Shown one piece after another: positions 12,609 through 24,752 of a DNA stretch of 64,000 nt. Both the position numbers and the translations under genes were made by a program. The stretch is taken from contig NC_086097.1 in assembly GCF_963921235.1 (NCBI RefSeq), positions 245,460,001 to 245,524,000 of the forward strand, read 5' to 3'. The notes under the pieces are model-generated. The model worked only from the letters and a program-made list of their open reading frames with translations, made no database searches and was not told the origin of the DNA. How positions within the stretch are numbered: position 1 is the first letter of the stretch; each line of letters opens with the position of its first letter. Source of the stretch: Mobula hypostoma. Lineage: Eukaryota.

Positions 12609-13834
12609 AACTGAAGGAAGAGTGAGTAAGGGATTTGAAAGCTGGAGGGGGAGGGGGAGATGCAAAATGATAGGAGAAGACAGGAGGGGGAGGGATAGAG
12701 CCGAGAGCTGGACAGGTGATAGGCAAAAGGGATACGAGAGGATCATGGGACAGGAGGTCCGGGAAGAAAGACGGGGGGGGTGACCCAGAGGATGGGCAAG
12801 AGGTATAGTGAGAGGGACAGAGGAAGAAAAAGGAGAGAGAGAAAAAGAATGTGTGTATATAAATAAATAATGGATGGGGTATGAGGGGGAGGTGGGGCAT
12901 TAACGGAAGTTGCGTTCACCAGTAACCTTTATGTGTGTTGCTTGAAATTCCAGCATCTGCAGATTTCCTCGTGTTTGCAGGATCTTCTGAATCAGATTTA
13001 CTATATCGCTGACATATGTCATCAGATTTGTTGCGTTGCCCCAGAAGCACAGTGCAATACATAAAAAACAGTGTAAGTCGCAATAGGAAAGACATCAGAA
13101 TCAGATTTAATATCATCGGCGTATGTCAGGAATTTTGTTATATTTGCATATGTTTATATAAGTGGTGCAAAAGAGTGTAAGTAGTGAGGTACTGGACAGT
13201 GCAGCTTGCTGAACCCGAAGGGCCTCTAAACAAACAAAAATAAAATGGTATGGATGGCCAGTGTCAAATGGCCGAAAAATTAGGGTTTAATGATTGTCCC
13301 CTATGCTTTGCAGAGTGCTGCAGTCTGCTAATTAAACATTAGCCTCAGATCAAAGTACAAAGCTAACAAGCATTCTGTGCGCCAGGGGTTCCAAACCTTT
13401 GTTATGCCATGGACCCCTACCGTTACCCGGCGGTTCCGCGGAGCCTGGGTGGGGAGTCCCTGCGGAGTACACGGCTGGAGGCCAGCTCACGTACATCGGG
13501 AAGCTCGGCGAAGAGGGACAATGAGGAGAGATGAGACACCCCGTGGTTCTCTTCTGCTTGGCAGGGGGTTGAGGAGGAGATTTGCTGGGACTACTCAGTA
13601 CCAGGAGGAGATCTTGCAGGGTGGTAAGAGGTAATTGTTTCCATTAATAATAGAGCTGGTAATCAGAAGTTGCAGATTTAGAACATAGAACGTAGAAATC
13701 TACAGCACATTACAGGCCCTTCGACCCACAATGTTGTGCCGACCATGTAACCTACTCTAGAAGCTGCTGCCTAGAATTATCCTACTGCATAGACTATTTT
13801 TCTAAGCTCCATGTACCAAATTTAAAATGATTTT

Positions 13835-14320
13835 AGACAATAAGAAATAGGAGCAGAATTAGACTATGTGGCCCGTTGAATCTACTCCGCTATTCTATCA
13901 TGGCTGATTTATTATCCCTCTCAACCCCATTCTCCAGCCTTCTCCCGTAACCTTTGATATTCTCACTAGTCAAGAACCTATCAGCCTTCGCTTTAAATGT
14001 ATCCAATGACTTGGCCTCGACAGCCATCCTTAACAATGAGTTACACAGATTTGTTAACCTCCAGCTAAAGAGATTCCTTCTCATCTCTAAATGGATGTCC
14101 TTTTATTCTGAGGCTGTGCCCTCTGGTCTGAGACACCTCACTATAGGAGACATTTTCTCCATGTCCACTCTATCTCAGCCTTATCAATGGGTTTCAGTGA
14201 GACCACACCCCCCCCAAACCCTCATTCTTCTAAACTCCAGTGAGTATGGGCCCAGAGCCATCAAATGCTCCTCGTACGTTAATCCTTTCATTCCCGGAAT
14301 AATCCTCGCGAGCATCCTCT
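13835..14320 (-). mobile_element. CR1 LINE 3' fragment
   Basis: IPGMKGLTYEEHLMALGPYSLEFRRMR. Similar fragments near 11676-12050(-), 19540-19907(+), 23215-23790(-), 28220-28510(-), 35460-35830(-), 40465-40760(-), 49283-49770(+) and 50260-50880(-). Confidence 0.88.
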
Positions 14321-14329
14321 GAACATGAG

Positions 14330-17300
14330 AATTTACTGAAGGCCCAAAGGCTGAACAATATGCATAGCCTGGGAGATCAGGAAACCGTTTCCGTTGCAAC
14401 CTTTACCAGGAAATCGGATAACTGCCTGGCCATAGGGAAGGGATAGAGAAGGGATAAAGTTTTTTCAAAGAGATGGCTTTCTGAATGGCCTGTGTTGGAA
14501 GATTCTGTGTAAGTATCTGTCGTTTGCCAGCTTGTTGTACCGCCTTCTGTTCTGGTCTCTGCTGTATTGAGCTCATACTTGCGACCAGATGAAATGAGTG
14601 CAGGTATATCTGCGTGCCTGCTACTGCTCGCGTGCAGAAGCAGAACTCTGAAAACCTCAGTGAGATGTTGAAAAGCAGTATGGGTTTGCAAAAGTTTGTG
14701 AAATATTGCAGGACAAAAGTTATTGCGTCCCGTGACACAACGGAACTGCCAAGGATTCGGTTGTTACACCAAATCGTCCTGTTCCAGAGGCACATGGGCA
14801 TTCCTAGATCTCCTTCCAAAGCTAATTCTGCAGAGTTTGAAGCGTGCCGAAGGGAAATGAAGCTGTTAACTCTCTCACCCGGCATCGCTCTCCGCAGCCA
14901 CTCATTGTCTCCCCCCCGCCCCCCAAAACAGTGTGCAGAGTCCTAATTCACCCTGTCTCCTTCCTTCCTTTATTCTACGGAGTATGGACAGAGGGAACAA
15001 AAAAAATCATTGTGGGGTGGCAATAATAAAAAAAAACACAGTGGGGCTCTTGCTAGAAGCACTTCCTGTTGCAGTCATAGCATGTAGCGAGCAGACAGAG
15101 CTGCTGTGAAAGGAGTGTTAAAACTTTTTACCCATTTATGGGCCTCATGTTCAGAATGAAGTAATATGTGAGTCACATTGTACGGGTCAGAGTTGAAGAA
15201 AGGCAGCGAACAACATGGAGAGCTTTGCATTCAATATCCTGAAGGGCAGGAGAAGGGGGTGCATACATTATGATATGAGGCGGTCAGGAATGCCATGAAA
15301 CCCAATCCACAGTGTCTGATAAGGATCTCTAACTCCTCTGGGGCAGGCTAGATTTTAGCCCTATTAAGGAAACCTTACTTGCAACCGTTCTCCACACCAT
15401 CCCCCAACCTTGTTCATCCCCCCCTCCCCCCAATCCACCCACCTAACAAAGTGAAAAGGAAACATTCCAGAATCAGCTTTTCTATTTTTTTTAATTGCTT
15501 TTATCTGTGGGGAGTACAAAACATATTGAGATAGAAACAAGCATGGCTTAAAAATTTTCTTTTACTTAAGTTTCATCGCATTGCTTTCCGTCCCAGAGAG
15601 AAAAAAAAACATAAATTTTGTATGCTTTCATAAAGTTTTGTTTAATTTTCGTTTTGGAAAGTCAGCGGCAGGTTTTGTTTTGAAAGGTTTTGGAATTCGG
15701 CTGCTTTAAATATTTATTATTCAAGCTCATTGTACCCGATCCAGAGAGTTGATGTTGCAAAGTGGTAAAGGCTAGGGATTTCCCGTTAACTTTCTTTTCA
15801 TTTGACTGTGCTAATGCATGCTGTTTTTTTTTTAGTTAAAATTGAGTACTATCCCAATTATTAAGTCTTAGGAGACCAATCCTGTATCTTTCTATAAATG
15901 GCAGCGTCATCTCAAGTTCTTTCATCTCTTTTCCACCTCTTCTAGTTTGACAGTTGAAAAGGTCCGACTGTGCCACACAATAGTTTGATTGGTTTCTCTG
16001 GGGGATGCTCTTCTTTGCTTCATCATGCACCAGGCAGGTGGACCAGAAAGTCTTCTGATTCTTTTGTTGCTTCGCAAAGTCCCGGGGTCTTAGAGAGAAT
16101 AAATCCGCCGTCATGGGATAATTTGCTAAAGAGGACCAGAGGAGATGAGAGAAAAGCCTCACCACTTGGGTGCGGAATTAATGGAACCGCTGATGTTCCA
16201 GTCCTTGCAAATTGAAAGTCTTCAGGAATGTAATGGGAGGAGATAGCATGTATTAAGATTCGAGATTCAAGATTAATGCTTTGCTTTAAAAGAAGTATGT
16301 TATTTATTTTGGGTTTGAGAAACTTAAATAGAAGTAAAATTTGCAAAATGATGCAAAGCAGAGCACCTTTATCCCCTGTGAAATTTTCAGCTGTTTAACA
16401 TTTCTTTGGTTGGGATCAGTGCTCTGAGGAAAAAGTTCGTGCAGAAAAAAGATCAAGACTCACATATGCTCCCTAAGCTTTTAGATTACCCACTAACAGA
16501 AAATAGTCGGAATTCCATATGACAGAAGTAAGCTTAAGTTAACACAGGATAAAAAGTAAATTACAGATAGGATGTCCTCAGCCATCTTTGTGACTGCAGA
16601 TAAGGTTTCATTTCAGAATGGACAGGCGACTTTTCCACTTACAGACCCATTCTGCTGCACCTGTGATAACAACTCCGGATTCTAATTGAAATTGGTTTGA
16701 AAATGGATTTTTAGTTTTCTGTGTCTGTGGAAATATTGAATGGAGTCGGGCTGCCAGTGAGGATCCCAGACAGTAGAAATGTGGCAGGGAAACTGGAGTC
16801 ATCTTTCAAGCCGGTATCAATGATATGACAGTTTTGTGATCTGTCATATTAATGAAATCATTGATCACTTGATGGAGAGGGTAATAAACAGTTTTCTGAG
16901 AATATTGTTCCGCGGGCTTGATCAAAGTCTGTGGAGATGAAAAAGTACGAAGCTCAAAATTGTTGAGCTACCTACATTAATAGGTGGATGGAAGCTTTTG
17001 TTGTATGTGTTTTCAAGCAACATATATCTATTGATTTTTGAATTTGGCTTCAAATATACTGCTGAGGGCACATTAATCAAATCGTGGATGTTAACCTGGG
17101 CACTTTAACTTCTGAGCATTTAAGGAATGTCGGTTCATATTTCTTTCTGTGGCTGTGTCATCTTTCTTCAATGTATGATGGAATAAGAATTCCTCGATTT
17201 TTCTCTCATTTATTTTTCTATAGCTGTGTCCTTACTCACCGACTCTGAAACCTTTTGTTGCCATGCTCTCTGCTCATTTTTTTCCTGGGTGCGCAAGTGT

Positions 17301-17420
17301 TATTGTGGCTGGGAGTTTCCCGAAACTGTTATCACTGAGTAACAAGCCTTCACATTTCATTTTAATTACCAGTTTTCTAACTTTAAATATCAGCTGACGT
17401 GAATCTAATTTGCACTTATG
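14330..17420. promoter_or_regulatory. Candidate GLI3 intronic regulatory island (about 3 kb with no recognisable TE)
   Basis: Longest TE-free stretch in the window; ETS ACTTCCTG 15061-15068, AP-1 TGAGTCA 15169-15175, inverted TGACAG pair 16823-16849. Confidence 0.45.
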
Positions 17421-17508
17421 AGATCGGGGGGGGGGGCGGGGGGAGGGCCTGATTCTGTGCTGTAGTGCTCTTTGACTTTATGACAATTTTTATGTGCCAT
17501 GCTTACGA

Positions 17509-17990
17509 GTATAGCGATCACTCAGGTTGGTAAGATGTTCCCCAAAATGGTTGTCCACTGGTGGGGCCTCAGGTGGCTGTTGAGTCTGATCCGGGATCCT
17601 CACAACCAGGATATTAGGGTGGGTTCCGTTAATGGAGGACGACTGTGCAAGACTTTCTTTAATGTGGGGAGGCTGATGCACGGGCAGCCACCACATGGTC
17701 CTGACAGATCAGGTGTACTCTCTAGTGGCATGGAGTGCAAGACAACTGGGGACCCTTCACTGCTGCAGCCTACCTCCGCCTTCACTGCTGTTCTGGTGTG
17801 TCATCATCCTCCGCCAGCTCTTGGTTGATTGAGGTCTTGGTTGGATCGCTCTTTGTCTGGAACCTCCCCTTTGACCTTACCGCCATGGGTGACCCTATCA
17901 TGAGTTAACCTCCAGACGGCATCGCTCCCGGGATCTCAGCGACTCACAAGCCTCTCCACCACGACAAGGTGGCAATCCTCAGAGAAGCAT
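17509..17990 (-). mobile_element. Non-autonomous RTE-clade (BovB/Expander-like) element
   Basis: Minus strand starts ...GCCACCTTGTCGTGGTGGAGAGGCTTG, resembling recalled RTE 5' ends; non-coding; possible TSD ATGCTTA(C/T)GA at 17499-17508 and 17991-18000. Confidence 0.7.
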
Positions 17991-18151
17991 ATGCTTATGA
18001 AACCATTTAGAACTCATTCATACGGCAGGTGCACAAGGATTTTGACCTCAGAATTCTGATCGCCTATCACTGAGGGACAGATCGATATCAGGTTAGTTAT
18101 TGGACTGTCTAGTGGTATTTGTATCAGAATCAAGTTTAATATCACCCCCAT

Positions 18152-18838
18152 ATTAGATTGGATTAGATTAGATTATGAGGACACTCAGTCCTCGTTTATT
18201 GTCATTTACAAAATGCATGCATTAAAAAATGATACAACATTCCTCCAGAATGATATCACAAGAAAACACAGGACAAACCAAGACTAAAACTGACAAAACC
18301 GCATAATTATAACACATAGTTACAACAGTGCAAAGCAATACCGTAATTTGATAAAGAGCAGACCATGGGCACGGTAAAAAAAAGTCTCAAGTCCCGATAG
18401 ACTCATCATCTCACGCAGGCGGCAGAAGGGAGGAACTCTCCCTGCCCTGAACCTCCAAGCGCCGCCAACTTGCCGATGCAGCACCATTGGAAGCACCCGA
18501 CCGCAGCGGACTTTGAGTCCGTCCGAAAACTTCGAGCCTCCGACCAGCCCCTCTGACACAGCCTCTCCAACGACCATCTTCTGCCGAGCGCTTCGACCCC
18601 GCCGGGCCGCCGAGCAACAAGCAAAGCCGAGGACTCGGGGCCTTCTCCTCCGGAGATTCTGGACCACACAGTAGCAGCAGCAGCGGGGCAGGCATTTCAG
18701 AAGTTTCACCAGATGTTCCTCCGTGCTCTTACGTCCATCTCCATCAAATCAGGATCGTGCACGGCACCCTACTTGACAAATAACAGACATCACCACCGGA
18801 GTGGCCGCTGCGAGCTGCTTCGCGCTGCCATCTTCTCC
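18152..18838 (-). mobile_element. Non-autonomous LINE-derived element, CpG-rich (young)
   Basis: Minus strand begins GGAGAAGATGGCAGCG and ends ...GACAATAAACGAGG with a (CTAAT)n tail; no RT coding; splits a Rex tail. Confidence 0.7.
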
Positions 18839-18904
18839 ATGAAATTTGTTAACTTTGCTGCAGCAGTACAATGCACTACATGATATAGAGCAAAACAAGA
18901 AAAC

Positions 18905-18946
<42 letters not shown>
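18905..18946. repeat. (TG)n(TA)n microsatellite
   Basis: Direct reading. Confidence 0.95.
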
Positions 18947-18949
<3 letters not shown>

Positions 18950-20106
18950 GGTGATGGACGCTGCCTTTCTGAGGCATCGCTCCTTGAAGATGTCTTGGAT
19001 ACTATGGAGGCTAGTACCCAAAATGGAGCTGACTAATTTTACAACTCTCTGCAGCTTACTTCAATCCTGTGCAGTAGCACCCACCCCCCCTTCACCCCAC
19101 CATACCAGACGGTGATGCAGCCAATCAGAATGCTGTCCACGATACATCTGTGGAAATTTGAGAGTGTTTTTGGTGACATACCAAATCTCCTCAAACTCCT
19201 AATGAAATATAACTGCTGTCTTGCCTTCTTTATAGCTGCATCAATATGTTGGGTCCAGGTTAGGTCCCCAGAGATATTGTCACCCAGGAACTTGAAATTG
19301 CTCACTCTTTCTACTTCTGATCCCTCTATGAGGATTGGTGTGTGTTCCCTTGTCTTACCCTTCCTGAAGTCCACAATCATTTCTTTGGTCTTACTGGTGT
19401 TGAGTGCAAGATTGTTGCTGCCACGCCACTCGACTAGCTGGTATATCTCTCTCCTGTACATCCTCTTGTCATCACCTGAGAATCTGCCAACAGTGGTTAT
19501 ATCATCAATAAATTTAATAACTAGGAAAACCTGTGCTTAGAAGAATTTTACAAGGCCTAGATGGAGTGGATGTGAAGAGGATATTGCCTAGAGTGGAAGT
19601 ATAGAACCAGAGGGCACAAGCTCAGAAAGAGGGACATCCATTCAGAACAAAGACGAGGAAGAACTTCTTTAGCCAAAGTGTGGTGAATCTGTGGAATTCA
19701 CTGCAACAGATGGCTGTGGAGGCCAGGTCATTGGGTATATTTAAAGCTGAGGTTGATAGGTTCTTGATTAGTCAGGGCACCAAAGGTTACCGGGAGAAGG
19801 CAGGAGAATGGGGTTGAGAGGGATACTAAATCAGCCATGATGGAATGGTGGAGCAGACTGGATGGGCTGAATAGACTAATTCTGCACCTATGTCTTATGG
19901 TTTATGGTCAAAGTTTCTTTGGAAGTGAAGGATGAGGCTTAAAACGTTGATTATTATTGTTTTATTAAGTGTTACAAGAACAAAGGAGATGAGGAGAGAG
20001 ATGTGGTGAGAGACAAAGAGGACAGAGCAGACAAAGGGAAGAACAACACACATCAAAGTTGCTGGTGAACGCAGCAGGCCAGGCAGCATCTGTAGGAAGA
20101 GGTGCA

Positions 20107-20140
20107 GTCGACGTTTCAGGCCGAGACCCTTCGTCAGGAC
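20107..20140 (-). ncRNA. Mirror hammerhead motif in the opposite arm of the palindrome
   Basis: Exact reverse complement of 20228-20261; stem I shortened to GTC/GAC. Confidence 0.65.
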
Positions 20141-20226
20141 GGAGTTCAGTGAAACCATCTCTCACTGCTCCCCATCTGTAATTTCTTCGGCTCTTCAACT
20201 TTTCGACCACACTTTGACTCAGAGTT

Positions 20227-20262
20227 AGTCCTGACGAAGGGTCTCGGCCTGAAACGTCGACT
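20227..20262 (+). ncRNA. Minimal type-I hammerhead ribozyme motif in GLI3 sense orientation
   Basis: AGTC-CTGACGA-A-GGGTCTCGGCCT-GAAAC-GTC-GACT; predicted cleavage after 20258. Confidence 0.78.
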
Positions 20263-20679
20263 GCACCTCTTCCTACAGATGCTGCCTGGCCTGCTGCGTT
20301 CACCAGCAACTTTGATGTGTGTTGCTTGAATTTCCAGCATCTGCAGAATTCCTGTTGAAAGGGAAGAGCAGGCAGGGTGAGAGCCTAAGGAAAGAGAGTG
20401 AACAAAGGTGGTCTGGTCTATCACACCACTGAATCCAACAGGTAACTATTAACCAATAAAATAGCCATATTCAAGTAACGTGTCTCCCACCACTGAAACC
20501 AAGAAGTTTCCAGAAAATTACAGAGGCAGCTGTAACCATTGGATAACTCCCTGAACAATCACATGTACAGGGGTAATTGTATAAAATATAAACAAAAACA
20601 ATCATAAGAAAGTTAAACTACAAGGAAAAGAAAAATTTTACAGCCCAATCCATCAGTACATAGTTAGGAGGGGCATGGC

Positions 20680-21128
20680 ATACTTTATATTTTATTGTCG
20701 CCAAACAATTGATACTAGAACGTACAATCATCACAGCGATATTTGATTCTGCGCTTCCGCTCTCTGGATTACAAATCAATATTAAATATTAAAAATTTTA
20801 ATTATAAATCATAAATAGAAAATAGAAAAGGGGAAGTAAGGTAGTGCAAAAAACCCGAGATGCAGATCCGGATATTTGGAGGGTACGGCCCAGATCTGGT
20901 CAGGATCCGTTCAGCAGTCTTATCACAGTTGGAAAGAAACTGTTCCCAAATCTTCAAGCTCCCAAGCTTTCTCCCGGAGGGAAGAGGGACGAAAAGTGTG
21001 TTGGCTGGGTGGGTCATGTCCTTGATTATCCTGGCAGCTCTGCTCCGACAACGTGTGGTGTAAAGTGAGTCCCAGGACGGAAGATTGGTTTCTGTGATGT
21101 GCTGCGCCGTGTTCACGATCTTCTGCAT
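20680..21128 (-). mobile_element. Young Rex/Babar-like LINE 3' end
   Basis: RAARIIKDMTHPANTLFVPLPSGRK; closely similar copy with (ATACTTT)n tail at 30148-30516. Confidence 0.85.
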
Positions 21129-22279
21129 CTCTGGTATTAAAGGATTAAATCAGCAAGGCTGTATTACTAAGATGTAGTACAAGGCTGACTGGCTGGAAAG
21201 ATAGTCTAGAATTTGATTAGGATCTGTGGCACTTTACTCCACATTGTCCCCTTTGAGGGCAGCATGGTAGCGTGGCGGTAAGTGTGATGCTTTAGAGCAC
21301 CAGTGATCAGCAATTGAGGTACAATTCATAGTGCTGTCTGTAAGGAGTTTTCATGCTTTCCCCATGAATATGTAGATTCCTCTGGGTGTTCAGGTTTCCT
21401 CCCACATTCCAAAGATGTACAAGTTTGGTTAATAAGTAGGGGGCATGCTATTTTGGCACCAGAAGCATGCCCAGCACAATCCTCGCTGATTTGATTTGAC
21501 TTTTAATGGACGCCTTTCACTGTATGTTTCAAATACAGATGTGACAAATAAAGTTCATCTTAAATCCTTAACTTTTTAAATCATTTTCATCTGTTATGTT
21601 TTGTAAACTCCAAAACTAACTGAAATAAGTACACAGGAGAGCGAGGGATAACTCATGTACTTTGTATTTTAAGCGAGGCGTGCACATATCATGTGGTAGC
21701 GTCAAGACGTATGCCATTTATGTACTTCTACATATAACCTAAAATGAATTATTTAAACAAAGAATGCTTAATCAACAAGATATTCACACTATTACTCAAG
21801 TATTATTGAAATATTAAATACAGAACAGCAGCTAGCAGCTCCCTACTGCGAGACTTATTTCTTATCAATTTGACAAAGTAGAGTCATTTTACTGAGCAAC
21901 ACACACAAAATGCTGGAGAAACTCAGCAAGTCAGGCAGCATCTGTGGGAGGAAGGAATAGACAGTCGACATTTCAGGCTGGACTGCTCTATGTCCTACGT
22001 TCTATGTAGGTGTAGACAGGGTCCATGGAAGGGAGCCTGGTTTCCATGGTGCACTGAGCTGTGTCCACGACTCTGTGCAGTTTCTTATGGTCTTGGGCAG
22101 AGCAGCTGCCATAGCAAGTCATGAAGCACCCAGAGGGGGTGTTTTCTGTGGTGCATGCTGTTACATCAAGCCAATTGGATGTGTATCTCTTTACCAAGCA
22201 ATGAGCAAAATGTCGATCCACAAAATAGAACTGAGGAGGGATATTGTGGGTTAGAGTTATCAAATATTTTCTTAATCAA

Positions 22280-23020
22280 TGTATAGAGGTTCCATCCAGA
22301 GAGAGTGCAATACAAGATCTCCTACTGGGGAGTGAAATAGAGTAGGTGACAGAAGTTTGTGTAGGGAAGCACTTTGCATCCAGTTATCACAATGCCATTA
22401 GTCTCTAGATAATTATGGAGAGGGATAGATCTGGTGCTCGGGTTGAGATCCTAAGTGGGAGAAAGGCCAATTTTGATGGTATCAGAAAGGATCTGGTGAG
22501 TGTCGATTGGGACAGGCTGTTTTCTGGCACAGGTGTACTTGGTAACTGGGAGGCATTCAAAAGTGAAATTTTGAGACAGTCGAGAGCTTGTGTATTCCTG
22601 TCAAGGATAACAGTTTAGGAAACCTAGTTTTTGAGAAGTATTGAGGCCCTGGTTGAGAAGAAGAAGGCGGAGGTGTATAGAAGGTTTAGGCAGGCAGGAG
22701 TATAAGAAGTGCAGGAGAACACTTAAGGAAATCAGGAGGTCTAAAAGAAGGCATGAGGTTGCTCTAGCAGACAAAGTGAAAGAAAATCCTGAGGGCTTCT
22801 ACAAATATATTTAAAGCGTAAGGATAGAAAGGGACATAATTGGTCCACTGGAAGGTCAGAGTAGCAATCTATGTGTGGAACTGAAAGAGATGGGAGAGAT
22901 CTTAGATGGATCTTATGCATCTGCATTTACTAGGGAGACAGACACAGAGTCTATAGAAGTGAGGCAAGGCAGCAATGAGGTCATGGATCATATACAGATC
23001 ACAGAGGAGGAGGTGTTTGA
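22280..23020 (+). mobile_element. Internal CR1 ORF2 fragment (endonuclease-RT linker)
   Basis: KANFDGIRKDLVSVDWDRLF...WEAFKSEIL and KENPxxFYKYI motifs. Confidence 0.8.
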
Positions 23021-24458
23021 AGGAAATGAGTTGTGACTTCAATTCCAGCAGCCAATAATCAGACCACACTGCTCAAGGATAAGACATAGAGGGAAGAAAT
23101 TGTCAGATAAGATTAATGGAAGCTATGTTAAGCCAATGTTAACTTCTGAACCAAAAAGATCACTAAGGAACATATATTGGTGGTTAAGTTAAATAGCTAT
23201 CAGGATTGTACAGATAAGACCATAAGATATTGGAGCAGTCAGGCCATTCAGCCCATTGACTCGGCTCCACCATTCTATAATGGCTGATTTATTATCCCTG
23301 TCAGCCCCATTCTCCTGCCTTCTTCCTCTAACCTTTGATACCCTTACTAATCAAGAACTTATCAACTGCCTCTTTAAATATACCCAATGACTTGAGCTCC
23401 ACAGCTGTCTGTGGCAATAAATTCCACATATTCACTACTTTCTGCCTGACAAAATTCCTCCTCATTTCTGTTCTAACAGGACCAGGACATGATCCTATTC
23501 TGAGGCTGTGCCCTCTTGTCCTAGACTCCCCCACTATAGGGAGTCCGTGTCCACTCTATCAAGTCCTTTCAATATTCGGTAGGCTTCAATGAGATCCACC
23601 CCTCATTCTTCTAAACTCCAGTGAGTACAGACCCAGAGCCATCAAATACTCCTGAAACGGTAGCCTTTTCATCGCCTGGGTCATTCTCATGAACCTCCTC
23701 TGGACCCTTTCCAATGCCAGCTCACCTTTTCTTCAGTAAGGAGTCCAAAACTGATCTCAGTACTCCAAGTGCAGTCTGACCAATGCCTCTTACAGCTATG
23801 GCATGATATCCCATCTTGTATTGAGAGTTTCCACCCACATTCCAAAAGGCGTAAGGGTTAGGAATAGTGAGTTGTGAGCAAGCTGTGTTGGATTTGGGTG
23901 CACGCCGACACTTGCCTTCCAATGGGATGACAATGAGTGTTGCACACAATAGCCCAAGTGCAACCTCACCAATGTCTCTTAAAGCTGTAACAAGATGTTA
24001 CAACCCTTTTATTCCGTGCTTCCTCCCACATTCCAATAGACGTCCAGGTCAGGGTTAATAATTCATGGGCACGCCATGTTGGTAGCGTGGCATGATTTGT
24101 ATTTTTCTCTCTCTGCACATTGGGCTTTTTCTTGGTCCTTTTTCTTCAAGGGTTCTTTTGGGTTTCATGCTTTGTGGGCTGCCTGTAAGAAGACAAATCT
24201 CAAGGTTGTGTAATGCATACATACTTTGATAATAAATTACTTTGAACTTTCAACTTGCAGCCTGCCCTCGGCACATCGTTGGACTGTGTTGGTCACTGAT
24301 GCAAATGCAAAACATTTCACTGTATGTTTTTATGTTTCGATGTACATATGACAAATAATGGTAATGTCTGCCTCTTGGCTGCTAGTTACCCAAATAAACT
24401 TGTTGAAGCTGCAGGGAAAACTTTTTTTTTACCAGGCTGTATTGAACCCAGTTAGTTT

Positions 24459-24733
24459 GATGATGATGATGATGATGCCGACTCAGGCCTGAGAAGCCAG
24501 CGTCGGGCACTTTCATGCTTTACGAGGCGTGGAACGTGAGACTGTGTGGTGCGCCACTCCTTGCACAGAGATTTCGCAGTACAGTATTTATCTTTATTTT
24601 ACGACGTGGAGTTGCGAGCTCAACACTCAACCCGACACGGATGGAAAGCATACTCGGGAGCGGCCCGACCGGATTCGAACCCGGGAACCACCGTTCCGGA
24701 GTCGGGCACTGATGTCACTGCACCGCCAGCCGA
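24459..24733 (-). mobile_element. tRNA-derived SINE with (CAT)n tail
   Basis: Minus-strand B box GGTTCGAATCC with upstream A-box-like sequence; TSD CCAGTTAGTTT at 24448-24458 and 24734-24744. Confidence 0.88.
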
Positions 24734-24752
24734 CCAGTTAGTTTACTCTGAT

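Larger units (their letters stand above)
12215..12976 (-). mobile_element. Penelope-like element 3' end: partial tandem repeat (two hammerhead units) plus short inverted tail
   Basis: Direct repeat with 298-nt period (about 12220-12513 and 12514 onward); inverted tail 12911-12976; flanking GCAGGATCT at 12206-12214 and 12977-12985. Confidence 0.85.
18124..19515 (-). mobile_element. Rex1/Babar LINE 3' fragment interrupted by a nested element and a (TA)n tract
   Basis: ORF 19039-19461 NNLALNTSKTKEMIVDFRK...[16 protein letters not shown]; same family as 36126-37490. Confidence 0.88.
20043..20357. mobile_element. Penelope-derived fold-back element with perfect 97-bp inverted arms
   Basis: 20044-20140 is the exact reverse complement of 20228-20324; TSD AAAGGGAAGA at 20033-20042 and 20358-20367. 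Confidence 0.9.

Noticed and set aside
12228..12783. Repeated ORFs MLVNAAGQAAS... (also at 19965, 43997, 44058)
   Set aside because: Chance translations of the non-coding Penelope terminal repeat, beginning at non-ATG codons; not a protein family.
14403..14946. Overlapping ORFs of 104-160 aa in the TE-free island
   Set aside because: No recognisable domain or splice structure; consistent with chance ORFs.
15805..15840. Branch-point and poly-T AG acceptor-like site
   Set aside because: No GLI3-like coding sequence or clear paired donor follows; cannot be supported without RNA data.
17425..17447. G-run as a functional G-quadruplex
   Set aside because: Simple homopolymer next to a TE tail; no supporting evidence.
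24660..24733. tRNA gene
   Set aside because: The A/B boxes belong to a SINE head with body, tail and TSD; no convincing cloverleaf.
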